Positions 24,960 to 36,928 of a stretch of 64,000 nt of DNA are shown in pieces. A program made the translations under genes and the position numbers. The notes beneath the pieces are model-generated. The model did no database searches, had not been told where the DNA came from, and was given only the letters and a program-made list of their open reading frames with translations. The stretch is taken from positions 173,226,324-173,290,323 of the forward strand of contig NC_077227.1 of assembly GCF_027887165.1 (NCBI RefSeq), given 5' to 3'. This DNA is from Monodelphis domestica (taxonomy: Eukaryota). The stretch's first letter is position 1, and the number at the start of each line of letters is the position of its first letter.

Positions 24960-25136
24960 TACCTTCTGTGTTAGAATTAATACTAAGTATTAATTTCAAG
25001 GCAGAACAGTCAAGATTAGGCAATTGGGGTTAAGTGACTTGCTCACACAACTCAGAAATGTCTGAGACTAGATTTGAACCCAGATCCTCCCAGCTCAAAG
25101 CCTGGCTCTCTACTCACTATGCTACCTAGCTGTCCC
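24960..25136 (-). mobile_element. tRNA-derived SINE, minus orientation
   Basis: ..ggggttaagtgacttgctcacacaactcagaaatgtctgagactagatttgaacccagatcctcc..ctatgctacctagctgtccc. Confidence 0.75.
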
Positions 25137-25432
25137 TAATAAAATATACTCTTAAAGTTCAGTCAAAAATATGCTTTGTACTAGCAATTTCTCATCCCTA
25201 GAATGTATTCCTGTCTGACTTTGGCTTCTTAAACTTCCTAATCTCCTTCAAGAATTTAGCTTAAGACCTACCTTCAAGTGAAGTTTCTTCTCTCCCTCAA
25301 AATCAGCTTGTATATATTTGGTATATGCCCACATGTTTATAAGAAACAACATAGCACAGTGCAGAAGCATCATATATGTGGCCCATGATGCTCCCCAGTA
25401 CTTCCCAAATCAGATTAAAATATTATGTGGAA

Positions 25433-25635
25433 GGGGCAGCTGGGTAGCTCAGTGGATTGAGAGCCAGGCCTAGAGTTAAGAGGTCCTAGGTCCAAATCTG
25501 GTCTTAAACACTTCCCAGCTGTGTGACCCTGGGCAAGTCACTTAACCCCTATTGCCTAGTCCTTACCATTCTTCTGCCTTGGAACCAATACATAGATTCT
25601 CAGGCAGAAGAGAAGGGTTTAAACAAAACAAACAA
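25433..25635 (+). mobile_element. tRNA-derived SINE, full length
   Basis: ggggcagctgggtagctcagtggattgagagccaggcctagagttaagaggtcctaggtccaaatctgg.. Confidence 0.9.
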
Positions 25636-25637
25636 GC

Positions 25638-25672
25638 TATATATAGATATAGATATAGATATAGATATAAAA
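25638..25672. repeat. (ATAGAT)n microsatellite
   Basis: tatatagatatagatatagatatagatata. Confidence 0.9.
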
Positions 25673-27094
25673 TTTGGAAATATTTATCAAATTAAAGTAC
25701 AGTATAACAATATTAATTTGTGGTTTTTGAAATCCGAATAGCCTGCAAGCATCTATTTCTGTTTAAATTTGACACCACTGACATAATAATAAATGGAGCC
25801 ACCCCTAGAATAAAGAAAACCCAGCTTCAAGTCCTATCTCTTAGATCTTCTGTATATGTAACCTTCAGCAAGTCTCTGAATCTCTCAGGGTTGCAAGCAA
25901 CTCTTGTAGGAAAGGGTGCCAGTCTACATGGTAGAGAAAGTCCTTCATTAGGAACCCCCTACACTGATGAAAGCACATTGCAGTCACACATAGATATACT
26001 TAGGTGTAATATCTCCTCTCTTCCCTGAAGACCCCCTTACCCTTTTGCCCCATAAAGGAAATGCTTTTTTTCCTTCCCAGAGAGAAAGTGCTCATATCTT
26101 CGTATCCCCAAAACCTAGTACAGTGCCTGAACGTAGTAGGTGCTTATTAAATACTCACTAATTAATCTAGGTATCCATTGTGTCTATACTTTGTTTTTTG
26201 TTTGCTTGTTTTGGGAGTTTTTTTCTGTTTTATTTTCACATTATAACAATTACAGAGTACTCTCACTTCCTGAAATCTCTTGTAACAAAGAAACCCAATT
26301 AAGTAAAACTAATAATACAGTGACTTCATCTGAAAGTCCATTTAACATTTCATAGCTGTGGTACCAACCTCCATCTCTCTGTTTAAAAAAAAAAATTAAC
26401 AGAAATCTATTTTCTTTCTTTTACTCTCCAATCTAATGAGAGAGGGACAGAAATGGTTTTTTTTGCAACAAATATGCATACTTAAGAAAAAAATTCCCTC
26501 AATGACAATAAACAAAAATTTACATCATATACATATTTATATAAATATATATACATATTCATGTGTCCCATTCTGCTCCCTAAATCTGTCACAGATAATG
26601 TAATAGCATGTTTCATCATCAGTCCTATGTAATCATGATCATCATTCTTAAAAGATTTCAAAGGTTTTTGCTTTTACAATGTTATATATAAATTGTTTAT
26701 AATTTATAATTTTATAAAATTATTCATAAAAAATTGATATTATAATTTATATTATCATTATTGTTCTATTCACATCACTCTACATCGATGTATCTTTTTT
26801 CCATGTCTTTGAAGTCATTTATTTTTTTATATTTTATTTTTTCCCCAATTACACATCTACTTTGGATGTTATTCCTATTTGTCTTCATCCCTGTGGATCA
26901 CTGAAGGCCCCATCAGTCTTTGTCCCAGTTTTTTAATTATTTCTCAAGTCATTCTGTGTCTTACTTCCCTTTTTTTCTATTTTCCATATGAATTCTCAAT
27001 TTTACCTCTGCCTTTTCACATTTATGTTGTTTATTTCCTAGTTCTCTTAATTTTTCTTAAGCAAATACAATTGTCTACCTGAAACAAGCCTTTT

Positions 27095-27300
27095 AGAGGC
27101 ACCATGGGGAGTTAGGAAGAACTGAATTCAAGCACTACCCAAAGCACTTACTGTGTGACCCTGGGCAAGTTACCCATTGTCTTTCTCAATTTCTTTATCT
27201 ATAAAATGGGGATCACTTTGCCAAGAAAATGTCAGATGGGTTCACAAAGAGTTGTATGTGACTGAAATGAATTGAACAACAAGAAATAACACTTATCTTT
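27095..27300 (+). mobile_element. MIR/MAR1-like SINE
   Basis: ..cttactgtgtgaccctgggcaagttacc..ctataaaatggggat..ttgccaagaaaatgtcagatgggttcacaaagagttgtatgtgactgaaatgaattgaacaac. Confidence 0.7.
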
Positions 27301-27599
27301 TGGGTTGTTGTGAGGATCCAGTGAGATAAGTGTTTTGCAAAACTTAAAATGCTGTGTAAATGCTGGCCATTGTTATCATTCCTATCCAAGCAGAAAGTGT
27401 CTCCTTTTTCTTATCCACAACCATAAGGCTGTGAGCCTTTGATCAGCACTTCCACCAGAGGGTGGTGTTGTATAGGTGAGGAATCAGAGGTGGGAGGGAC
27501 TGTATCCTCTTTGGAGGAACCTCCTTATCTTTCTTCAGAAAAGAAAAAAAAATAAACTTGGGGATATCTTTCTGGGATCTTTTTGTCCCTCTGCTGTAG

Positions 27600-27747
27600 C
27601 CATTGGAAGCGAGACTGGGAGATGATGAAGCGTTACCAACAGGCCCTAGAGACAGCTATGAACCTCTCTGTGCAACACAATTTGCCCCCACTGCCTGGCC
27701 GAACCCTAATTATCTGTAGCCCGTATGAATCCCAAGATAAAAAAAAG
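27600..27747 (+). CDS. TEP1: TEP1 exon (-HWKRDWEMMKRYQQALETAMNLSVQHNLPPLPGRTLIICSPYESQDKKK)
   Basis: ctgctgtAG|CCATT.. to ..AAAAAG|GTAAAA. Human QWKYDGEMLNRYRQALETAVNLSVKHSLPLLPGRTVLVYL.. Confidence 0.8.
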
Positions 27748-29096
27748 GTAAAAAAAAATCAGGGGTGGGGTAGGAGTGGGATATAATCTGACCATGCTAA
27801 AAGAAGTTGGGAGGTCAGAGGTGGTGCTGGAGACTTTTAGGAATGTGGTGTACTTCCTAGACTTGACTTGCTAACATGCCCCAGAAGCAGTCTGCTCCTT
27901 GTTCTCATGTTTTCTTAGGACTTAGAGTTCTGTTACTTGGCATGAGACCTTATTCTCTACTGCTTACAGACAGGAAAGAGTTTTTTAAAAAAAATATGTC
28001 ATGTTTGTATATGAAAGTGTTTGGAATGTTCTACAACCAAAAGAGATGGGGAAGATATTTTCTCAATTTTCTTTTAGGGGAGCTTTGAGAACCGAGCCAG
28101 TGGTCTCTCAGGGGAGGGTCCTGCAATGGGTGTGGAATGTTTAAGTGTGCCTCTGCTTGAGAGAGAAAGGAGGGGTAGTGGGTCTTGGTCTTTAGGTTTT
28201 AATTCTGTGATTGTAATCTTTTGGGGTGATAATCTGGGGGATTAAAGTGGGATATCTATGTGTTAACTTTATAAGTATCTGCTCTCATATTATTTCTCCT
28301 CTATTGGGGAGAGAACAATAATCATAACAATTCCATTAGTAGGGGAAGTTAGAGGGAGAAGTCACACAGAAGAGGGTTCAGTGGGTGCCTTATTTTTCTG
28401 AGGGCTGCTTTGCAGTCGCCATTTCCCTAGACTGTGACTCTGTCAGACAGCAGGGGTGATAGCTTTCCACAGGGGAGCCTGTGTTTATTCTTTATGATTT
28501 CCCAACATTTGTTTTCAGTTATTCTGTGGTAGTTCTTTCTGTTTTCATTTCTGTAGTTATGCTCATTGTTTTTCTGGCTCTGCTTGCTTCACTGTACATC
28601 AATTTGTGTAAAACTGTGTGTTTCTCTGGATTCATCTTATTCTTCATTTCTAATGGCAGTGTAATGTTCCATTTCACTCATGCACCCCAATTTTGACCCT
28701 TTTTGGCCTTATTGACTATATGCCACAAGAATATGTCTCTTTTTAAAAATTTGAATGAATGAAAAAGTATTAAGTGGTTACTATAAAGTAGCAGATACAA
28801 AATTCAAAAGACAGTCCCTGGCTCTTGGATGTTCCAAGAACAAGATACTCCATCTCTTAGCTCCAGGCATTTTATTTTCTCTGGCTTTCTCATGCCTTGA
28901 ACACTTTCCTTTCTTATATCTGCTTTATTGACTTCCTTTAAATCCCAATTAAAATTCCACTTATAAAAAGTTAATTAACATTCTTTTCTTTTTAAGTTCC
29001 AAAATCTCTCCTTCCTTCCCACTCCTCTGCCAATTACTGAGAAGGCAAACAATTATACATGTGAAATCATGAAAACATTTCGATATTAGAAAAATT

Positions 29097-29300
29097 TTGT
29101 TGTTATCTTTATCATTGTTGTTATTGCAGCTATCATTGATGTCATTGTTATCGTTTATCATTGTTATTGCTGTTATTGTTGTAGATATTATTGTTGTCGT
29201 CATCATTGTTGTTATCCTGGTTGTTGTTATCATCCTTGTTTTCATTGTTATTATTGCTGTAATTATTGTTATCATTATTGTTGTTTTTGTTGTTGTGTCA
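29097..29300. repeat. TTG/TTA-rich minisatellite (units like attgttgttat / cattgttat)
   Basis: About 200 bp of T/G/A-only degenerate tandem repeat. Both-strand ORFs 29097-29339 and 28961-29440 (poly I/V/T) are artefacts of it. Confidence 0.85.
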
Positions 29301-30610
29301 AGACAGAGGCAATGGAAAGTAGAAGCAGTAGAAACATAATCTTGGAATTTATTTCTAAATCTAATTTTGGTCTCTATTACTTGGTATATTTGCCTGGTAG
29401 ATTTAAATTGGGTTTTCTGAGAAATCATGCTAGGCAGCAAATCTGTATCCTTGTCTCAATCTATCTTACCTTGGAGGTAAGATTTATTGAACCATCTATA
29501 ACAAATAAAAGGGGGTCTGGCTAGAGTTATAAGTGTTTATTAGTAAAGAGAGAGATTTCAGCCTTACTAATTTAATTTAAGATAAGGTCCGGTTCCAGAC
29601 TTCAATCCAGCATGGCCCCCTCCATACTGGCTGCTGTTTGCTAAGCACCAGCCCAGGAAGCCAGTCTGTTCAATTGTGGAAATTTTAAAAATGGCCAGAT
29701 TTTTTTAAAAGCAAGAAAAATAAAGTGAGAAAGTTATATTTCAGTTTGCACTCAGAGTTCATCAGTTCTCTCTAGTGAGAAATTGTAAGTTTTTATCATT
29801 AGTCCTTTGAAGCTATTGTATTGATCATTGTACTGATCTGAGTGGCCAAGTCTTTCATAGTTCATCATTATTACAACATTACAAAAATTACAAAAATCAT
29901 TGTCCTTGCTCTTCTCACTTTACTTTGTATAGGTCTTGCCATGTTTTTTTTTTTTTAATACCACCTACCTTGTTATTTTTTTTTTATAGCACAATAGTAC
30001 TTCATCACAATCATGTGCCACAACTCATCCAGCCATTCCCCAATTGATGAGCACTCTTTTGATTTCCACTTCTTTACTACCACAAAAAGAATCCCTGGGA
30101 TGGGGTGGAGGGGAGTTGTGATGACTTTAGGTGAGTTGGGTTCGTACTTGGGCTCTGGTGATGCCTACGTCCCAGGCAGGCACTGTGCATACCACTCCCA
30201 GGCAAGCCTTGGTACCCTTCCTCCAGGCCCCCAAAGCTGCTCAGCACTCTCTGATCTCCTGAGTTATGGCAGAGAAATGCCAGTGTTCAAGATTTTTAAA
30301 AGAATTTTGTCCTTTGGTAATAGCTTTGGTAATTTCTCTTTTCCTATATTTCTCTATCACTCCTCCTCCTCCTGCACCATCAAGCTGTCTCCGTTTCATC
30401 TACGAATATGTCTTGTGGATATCATTAAATGTGTGCTGATTCTACATTGTCAAAATGTATAACATTCTCATTTTCCACTTTATCTCTTCATCATTTCATA
30501 GGTCTTCCTGTGCTGCTTTGAATTCTTCCTAGTCATCATTATTAATGGTAGGAGCCTGTTTTTAAAGGCGGGAGTTAGCCTTTTTTCTGTTCCTCTCTTC
30601 ACTCACATAG

Positions 30611-30769
30611 AATCCCCTGACTCATGTGCTACTGTTGGTGGCAATGTTGATGGCCCGAGCCGAGCAAGCTGAGCTATTACTTTGTAAAAGGGGGACTTTG
30701 AAGAAAGCTGTGACTAATCCAGAGGAGGGCATCCTGAAGACTGCAACTGAGCTTGAGACACAGATACAG
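30611..30769 (+). CDS. TEP1: TEP1 exon (NPLTHVLLLVAMLMARAEQAELLLCKRGTLKKAVTNPEEGILKTATELETQIQ)
   Basis: cacatAG|AAT.. to ..ATACAG|GTGCGC. Human NPQGPPLNYALLLIGMMITRAEQVDVVLCGGDTLKTAVLKAEEGILKTAIKLQAQVQ. Confidence 0.8.
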
Positions 30770-31037
30770 GTGCGCCTGACTGGTCTCCTGGCTAGGGTTT
30801 GTGGAGGGGGATAAAGGGGCAGTTAGGCTTGGGCCTGGGCAAAGTCTAGCTATGTTGGTAGAGGAAGGACGATTTGAGGAGGAAGGCCAAGCAGTAGTCT
30901 AAATAGGTGGGCATAAGGATAGACAGATGGATAGACCTGAAATAGCCCAAATAGGTAGCCATGCCCAGAGGTGGCCTGAGTGACTCACCTGTTCATTCTT
31001 CTTTTCCTGGTACAAACATTGCTCCTGTTTCTCCCAG

Positions 31038-31118
31038 GCCTTTCATGGAGAGATATCAGAATCAGGTCATCATCCATTTGTCACATACCTGCTGGACATG
31101 GTCACTAGGCGGGTGCTG
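31038..31118 (+). CDS. TEP1: TEP1 exon (AFHGEISESGHHPFVTYLLDMVTRRVL)
   Basis: ttctcccAG|GCC.. to ..GTGCTG|GTAAGT. In frame. Weaker similarity to human EFDENDGWSLNTFGKYLLSLAGQRVPV. Confidence 0.65.
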
Positions 31119-31344
31119 GTAAGTCTAACTCAGAGAAAGTGAACCCTTTTCTCCATGCCCAGAGTTTCTTGGCTCATTAATGATATCCCATTCTCTTGAC
31201 CCTCATATTTTAACTCCAGCTCTTCCACATCTCACCTTTATACTCAGATTTGTGCTATCTTGAAGCACTTCCTTTATCGGCTCTTTCTTTATCTGACCCT
31301 TTTCCTTTATGTGCTCCTAAGTAGGATATTAGCTGTATTGCCTT

Positions 31345-31515
31345 TTTAAAAAAAACTCTTGCCTTATATAGCAATACTATGTATTGGTTCTAAAGCAGAG
31401 GAGCAATAAAGGCTAGTCATGGGTTAAGTGACTAGGGTCATACATTTAGGAAGTGTTGAGATCACCTTTGAACACAGGACCTCCTGTGTCTGGGTCTGGC
31501 CCTATCCTGTGAGTA
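31345..31515 (-). mobile_element. tRNA-derived SINE, minus orientation, diverged
   Basis: ..gcaatactatgtattggttctaaagcagaggagcaataaaggctag..gtgac..acaggacctcctgtgtctgggtctggccc. Confidence 0.7.
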
Positions 31516-31679
31516 TTACTCTTGAGTCAAGGAAAAACACCTGGATTTGTCTTCCCAGAAAAGTTTCCTCTGATCTTCAGGCTTTTTTCTTTATGCTTTA
31601 TCAATTCTCCCTCATCCCAACAAAAACCCTCAAAACTTTTTCTCGCTCCTAATATGCACTCCTAATACTTATTCTATAG

Positions 31680-31810
31680 ATGGACACGGTCATCTTTGTT
31701 GGTAACACCATGAAAGACTTTGAGTTCATGACAGCCAAGCAATTCTTCTGGCAGCGTGTGAATCCCAAATGCCTCTTTGTTGGAGTTGATTTAATGGGGA
31801 TGGATTCCTG
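31680..31810 (+). CDS. TEP1: TEP1 exon (MDTVIFVGNTMKDFEFMTAKQFFWQRVNPKCLFVGVDLMGMDS-)
   Basis: ttctatAG|ATG.. to ..TCCTG|GTAAGG. Human ..MINVAKQLYWQRVNSKCLFVGILLRRVQYLS. Confidence 0.8.
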
Positions 31811-31975
31811 GTAAGGTTATCTATTTTTCCTCCTCACATCCTTCTTTCCCTAATCCCCTGCAAGGCGGAGACAATTTATTATTGCTTGCCATAACTCCTG
31901 CTATTCTCAAACAACCTTGCTGTCTACTTGAGTCTTTTCTTGTCTCTTTCCTCTAAAATCCAGTGACCTCATTCT

Positions 31976-32135
31976 TTTTTTTTTTTAAACCCTTACCTTC
32001 CGTCTTGGAGTCAATACTATGTATTGGCTCCAAGGCAGAAGAGTGGTAAGGGCTAGGCAATAGGGGTCAAGTGACTTGCCCAGGGTCACATAGCTGGGAA
32101 GTGTCTGAGGTCAGATTTGAACCTAGGACCTCCCA
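31976..32135 (-). mobile_element. tRNA-derived SINE, minus orientation, flanked by a ~15-bp target-site duplication (cagtgacctcattctt)
   Basis: TSD copies at 31961-31975 and 32136-32151. Body ttttaaacccttaccttccgtcttggagtcaatactatgtattggctccaaggcagaag... Confidence 0.85.
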
Positions 32136-32330
32136 TCAGTGACCTCATTCTTAACTGTTTTCTGTCATTGCCCCACCACAGTTTTTAAAATATCTTTTTC
32201 CTCCCACTAGGATCTATTTGACACCTTGTAGTTGCTTTCTCCCTCAGGGAACAATCTTTGCCTAAAGTGTGTCTCCCCACAGAGTGCATGTCTCCTACAG
32301 GTCCAGTAGCTCTGCTTCAAAGCATTATGG

Positions 32331-32540
32331 CTAGGGCAGCTAGGTGATTTAGTGGATTGAGAACCAGGCCCAGAGATGGGAAGTCCTGGGATCAAATCTG
32401 GCCTCAGACACTTCCTAGCTATGTGATCCTGGGCAAGTCACTTAGCTCCCATGGCCCAGCCCTTCCTGTTTTTTTTTTGCCTTAGAACCAATACACAGTA
32501 TTGATTCTAAGACAGAAGGTAAGGGCTTAAAAAAAAAAAG
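32331..32540 (+). mobile_element. tRNA-derived SINE, full length
   Basis: ggctagggcagctaggtgatttagtggattgagaaccaggcccagagatgggaagtcctgggatcaaatctgg.. (A)n tail. Confidence 0.85.
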
Positions 32541-33086
32541 TGTTATGACTGGTATGTAGGGAGAGAGGCCTGAAGAATTCTCTCCTTATCTCCTGGTTGA
32601 ATTTATTCCTGCCTTATAAATTCTCTGAACTCTGAACTTCATCTAGAAGTCTAGCTATTTAAAGAGGCAGAGAGATAGCTAATTAGTTTGCTAAGCCAAT
32701 CTCAGTGTTCCCTTTTTAGCCCAATCACAAAGATATGCTCATCTAAGAAAAGGATGTCAGCATAGACACATTTGGTCTAGACATGACATAACCTCATTCT
32801 ATGTGACTACATTCTGTACGTCAGCTGCGCTTGGGGCGGGGAATCCTGTGCCCCCTTACTCTACTGTAATATTGTAGAAAGCACATTCAGAGTTACATGA
32901 GATGCCTACCAAAGAATAAATCTTCTTTGTAACAGCCTTGATAGTTTCTCTGCATTGAAGATGTGTGCTGATGAAAAACAATACCTCTGAAGGCAGCCTT
33001 TTCTAATTTTGGATAGTTTTTACTCTTAACATTTTTTTCCTTATTTGGGCCATATTATATCCATATCTCTCTTTTCCCTCTTCCAG

Positions 33087-33146
33087 TTCACTCAGTACAA
33101 ACCCCAATGATGTCATCCTCACAGGCTGCACCGATGGAATACTGAA
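33087..33146 (+). CDS. TEP1: TEP1 exon (-SLSTNPNDVILTGCTDGILK-)
   Basis: ctcttccAG|TTC.. to ..CTGAA|GTGAGC. Human LSTDLNPNDVTLSGCTDAILK. Confidence 0.8.
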
Positions 33147-33760
33147 GTGAGCCCTGGGAATTGGGATGGGGAAAAGGGGCCACAGGGGATTGGGAAGACT
33201 TTTGAGGTATTAGTGGCCTGTACCTCTTTCCCTTTCAAATTAAAGCTCAGCTCCTCCTTATAAACTCCATCACTTCTAGCTTTGTCTGAGCCTTTTTTTC
33301 AGCCTCAAATTTTTTTTGCCCATTTTCTTTCCTCTGAATTCCAAACACCGCAACAACTCTTAAGTCATTCTCTTCCACCACTGTCTTTAAATCTTTATCA
33401 AATGTCCCTTCTTTAAGAGGTGCTGTTTTGTATAGACCTGACCACCTACTCATATAACCTCAATTATTACTCTTTCCTATATCCACAACTGCCATTATAT
33501 GAAAAATGAGTCTGTTGATAATCATGAGAAGCAAAAAGGACTTACCCCTAGCATTTTCTACTCACTCTGCTCTGATGCCCCCACAGATTGAGCTCTTCTA
33601 ATCCAGGTCCATTGGGTTGTGGGGTTCATCTGCTGGGCAGACCTCCTTAGATCCTTTATTGTTGCCAGCTCCTAACCAATGGGAAATACTTCTAATACTC
33701 TGATTCTCAAACCTCCTTGATCCCTTTGGCCATCATTGATCTTATTGCTATTTGTCTTAG

Positions 33761-33919
33761 GTTTATTTCAGAACGTGGGATGTCTCGTCTTCTGGAACAT
33801 GTGGGCCAAATGGATAAGATATTTAAGATTCCACCCCCGAGAGGGGAGGCACAGACCCTACCTGACAGACCCCTAGAGGAGAGGGAGCCAAGCCCCCTGA
33901 CCCCTGCTCCCCAGCATAG
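33761..33919 (+). CDS. TEP1: TEP1 exon (-FISERGMSRLLEHVGQMDKIFKIPPPRGEAQTLPDRPLEEREPSPLTPAPQH-)
   Basis: gtcttAG|GTTT.. to ..CATAG|GTGAGT. Human FIAEHGASHLLEHVGQMDKIFKIPPPPGKTGVQSLRPLEEDTPSPLAP. Confidence 0.85.
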
Positions 33920-34352
33920 GTGAGTTGGGAGAACCAAGAAGGCAGATGGGCTCTGGTGCAGAAAGAGAACTTTGGAAGCAACGTCTTTTCCCATACACAG
34001 AGCCATGGTCCCTCCTTTCTGGGCAGGGGTGAGTCCCTTCTATAAGGTCTAGAGGCAGGGTTCCTCTCAGGTCCCTTCCTTCTAGCCTTGCTCCAAATCT
34101 CTGCTGAAAGTTGTGTAAAATTTAGAGACAACAGTAAATACTGGGAGAGACAGGAAGTTTCCAAAGCCAAGACTATGGATGGATGGCTCCCAAAAGAACT
34201 ATTCTCTGGCTTCTTTTGTACACCTTACATATTTCTCTGGGTCTGAGGTCTGATCAAGACCGGGCGAGGGCCTTCACTGCACCTTTGGGATTCGGGGTGG
34301 GCCGATCTCCAAATTGAGCCAGAATCAGCCCAGTGACCTTCTTTTCTTCTAG

Positions 34353-34529
34353 CTGGCGCAGTGTCCGCATTTTCATCTCATCCACTTTCCGGGATATGCA
34401 TGGGGAACGGGACCTGTTACTGCGTTCGGTACTACCCGCCCTGCAGGCCCAAGCAGCCCCTCACCACATCAGTGTGCGTGGCATTGACCTGCGCTGGGGA
34501 GTTACTGAGGAGGAGATCCAGAAAGATAG
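34353..34529 (+). CDS. TEP1: TEP1 exon, DUF4062 region ([58 protein letters not shown])
   Basis: cttctAG|CTGG.. to ..GATAG|GTATGG. Near-identical to human [37 protein letters not shown]... Confidence 0.9.
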
Positions 34530-34745
34530 GTATGGGCAGTGGGATAATGGAAGCGGATGAGTCATGCGATCTTGGATTCCAGAAGCACATGGGCTGCTGA
34601 GGAGTTTGGTAGGGGGCCCACATGAACTGAGATGGATGATTGGAAAAGGTGGGAGGTAAAGGGTCAGGGCAGGAGAGTTTTAGGGTATTTTGGAATTTGG
34701 TACAAGTAGATAGGTGAGACAAAACAGAGAGGATTGGGGTTTAAA

Positions 34746-34915
34746 GGGAGAAGCTAGGTGACTCAGTGGACTGAGAACCAAGCCTAGAAATGGGAGGTCC
34801 TGGGTTCAAATCTAGACTCAGACACTTCCTATATGTGTAACCCTGGGCAAATTGCTTAACCCCCATTGCTTACCCTCCCTACTCCCTTGCCTTGAAATTG
34901 AGAGTATTGGAAGTG
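34746..34915 (+). mobile_element. tRNA-derived SINE
   Basis: gggagaagctaggtgactcagtggactgagaaccaagcctagaaatgggaggtcctgggttcaaatctag.. Confidence 0.8.
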
Positions 34916-35014
34916 TGGGGGTTCTTTATCTATTCTTATCTAACTTTAAAGTTGTCATCCTACAATTAGCTCACTCATTACCTCATTTTTGTCCTTCCTG
35001 TATCTGATGGTACA

Positions 35015-35178
35015 TGTATCAGTTCTAAGACCGAAGAATAGCAAAGATTAGGCAGTCAGACCTAAGTGACTTGTCCAAGGTCACATAGCTGGGAAGTGTC
35101 TGAAGCCGGATTTGAACCCAGGACCTCTATACTTCCAGACCTGGCACTCTATCCACTGTGCTCCCTAGCTGCCTCTCA
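35015..35178 (-). mobile_element. tRNA-derived SINE, minus orientation
   Basis: ..gtgacttgtccaaggtcacatagctgggaagtgtctgaagccggatttgaacccaggacctc..ccactgtgctccctagctgcctc. Confidence 0.8.
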
Positions 35179-35284
35179 TATCTACCATTTAATACTCTTA
35201 TTCCCATATAATAATTTCTTTCTCCCCACCCCCACCCAATGACAATTCTGCCATAATTCTCCTCTCTCCCTTTTGTCTCTGCAG

Positions 35285-35405
35285 GCAGTTGGAGCTGTGC
35301 CTAGGGGAGGTGGAAAACTCACAACTCTTTGTGGGCATCCTGGGCTCCCGCTATGGATATGTTCCTCCCAACTATAATCTTCCTGATCATCCACATTTCC
35401 ACTGG
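35285..35405 (+). CDS. TEP1: TEP1 exon ([40 protein letters not shown])
   Basis: tctctgcAG|GCAG.. to ..CACTGG|GTGAGG. Near-identical to human. Confidence 0.9.
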
Positions 35406-35942
35406 GTGAGGCAGCTGGAGAGAGCGAAGGGCATGTGGCAGGAACCAAGAATATGGGATCTGGGGCAGGGAAGAAGCATCTGGGTCTTGCAGGATTCAGA
35501 ATTTCACAGATTGAGAGTTAGAAGGGACTCCATAGGTCCAACCCCCTCATTTTTACAGATAAATTCGTTAAGTGACTTGCCTTTAGGTTATTCAGTCTGG
35601 ACTTGAATCCAGATCTTTTCATTTTGAGACCTAGGAATCTTCCAATTATGTGATGTTCCCTCTCTTGAGGATTTTGGGTAGATAATAAGGAGTTGAGACT
35701 AGGATGAAGGGCACATTTTGGAAGGGAGATATTAAAATGAGGGTTTCCTCTTAAGGGCTATGTGCCAACTGGATGGACAAGGTTAGATCTAACAGGAAAA
35801 GGCCTATTGACTTTATTTCTTAACCTCTGTAAAGGAAGATTATTAAAGGGATATGGGAGCCCCCTAGACCCTGGAATAAGGCCTTGGAAAAGAGAGGAAT
35901 CCATTGGCCCTGAACAGAATTTTCTCTCCTTCCATCTCTCAG

Positions 35943-36067
35943 GTGAAAGATTACCCACCTGGCCGTTCTGTGACCGAGATGGAAGTAATGCAGTTCCTAA
36001 ATCGAGGTTCCCACCAGCAGGGTGTCTCCCCAGCTTTAATCTACCTTAGAGACTCCAGCTTCCTCAG
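35943..36067 (+). CDS. TEP1: TEP1 exon ([41 protein letters not shown])
   Basis: tctctcAG|GTG.. to ..CTCAG|GTACCA. Human ..[38 protein letters not shown]. Confidence 0.85.
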
Positions 36068-36367
36068 GTACCACATCTGTTGCTCACAGGATTCAGCTTC
36101 ACAGAAGCCTGTTTTTTGTTCTTTGGGTACTGCCCCCTCTCTCCCACCTCAAGCATTCCTGACTACCTGTAGCATTCCTGAATGTGATGCTAGAGAAAGG
36201 AACATAAGGACAGGGAAGGGTGCATAGCTTCCCTTTATAGGCCCAGGATAGCCTTGGATTGGTAGACAGCCTATTTCAAAGCCTGGTGGTGTTCTATGGG
36301 ATCTCCCTAATGAGAAGCTGGGTTCTGGTCTTACAACTTGGGATGGGGCATGTCTCTGCTTGGCCAG

Positions 36368-36481
36368 CTCTGTGCCCGATGGCTGGAAAATTGACTTTGC
36401 TTCTGAGTCAGATGAGGCGGCAGAAAGAATCTCAGACCTGAAGAGCTACCTGGACAAACAGGAGGGGGTCACCTGCCACAG
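36368..36481 (+). CDS. TEP1: TEP1 exon ([37 protein letters not shown])
   Basis: tggccAG|CTCT.. to ..CACAG|GTAAGA. Human [37 protein letters not shown]. Confidence 0.85.
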
Positions 36482-36597
36482 GTAAGATGGGAGAGACACC
36501 ACCTCTTATGGATTGGGAGTGGGGAGTAGAGAAGACCTGCCTCATGGATGGTCTGGAGGAAGGAATGGGCTCTCCGTGGGGCTCCTTCTGCCCACAG

Positions 36598-36715
36598 GTA
36601 CTCCTGTGCATGGGGTGGGGTGGCAGCAGGCCGGCCATACGTGAAGGGACTTGAAGAGTTTGGACAGATGGTGTTACAGCACGTGTGGGAGCTGCTCCAG
36701 AGACTCTATGTACAG
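36598..36715 (+). CDS. TEP1: TEP1 exon ([39 protein letters not shown])
   Basis: cccacAG|GTAC.. to ..GTACAG|GTCAGT. Human [31 protein letters not shown]... Confidence 0.85.
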
Positions 36716-36783
36716 GTCAGTGAGGTCACCGGGAGGGTGTTGGTGGGGTGACACTCAGAAGACACCGTGGAGTTTGGGGCAAG

Positions 36784-36910
36784 GCAGCCATGGAGCAGAT
36801 GCCAGGCTCTAGGGACAGAGGGTAGTCATGCCCTTCACCCTGAGTCTCGTGGAGCAGATGCCCAGCTCTAGGGACAGAGGGCAGCCATGCTTATCACCCT
36901 GAGAGTCTCT
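36784..36910 (+). repeat. Intronic tandem duplication (~62-bp unit x2), immediately 5' of the P-loop exon
   Basis: ggagcagatgccaggctctagggacagagggtagtcatgcccttcaccctgagtctcgt / ggagcagatgcccagctctagggacagagggcagccatgcttatcaccctgagagtctct. Confidence 0.85.
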
Positions 36911-36928
36911 TCTCCATGCACCTCCTAG

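Noticed and set aside
28961-29440. 159-aa minus-strand ORF and 80-aa plus-strand ORF (poly T/I/V)
   Set aside because: Both arise from the TTG/TTA minisatellite at 29097-29300, a compositional artefact.
30013-30462. 149-aa plus-strand ORF (MCHNSSSHSPIDEHSF...)
   Set aside because: Intronic and low-complexity. The start resembles an L1 ORF2 tail motif (SHSPID, cf. [12 protein letters not shown] in ORF2), so it is probably an old L1-derived fragment, not a host gene.
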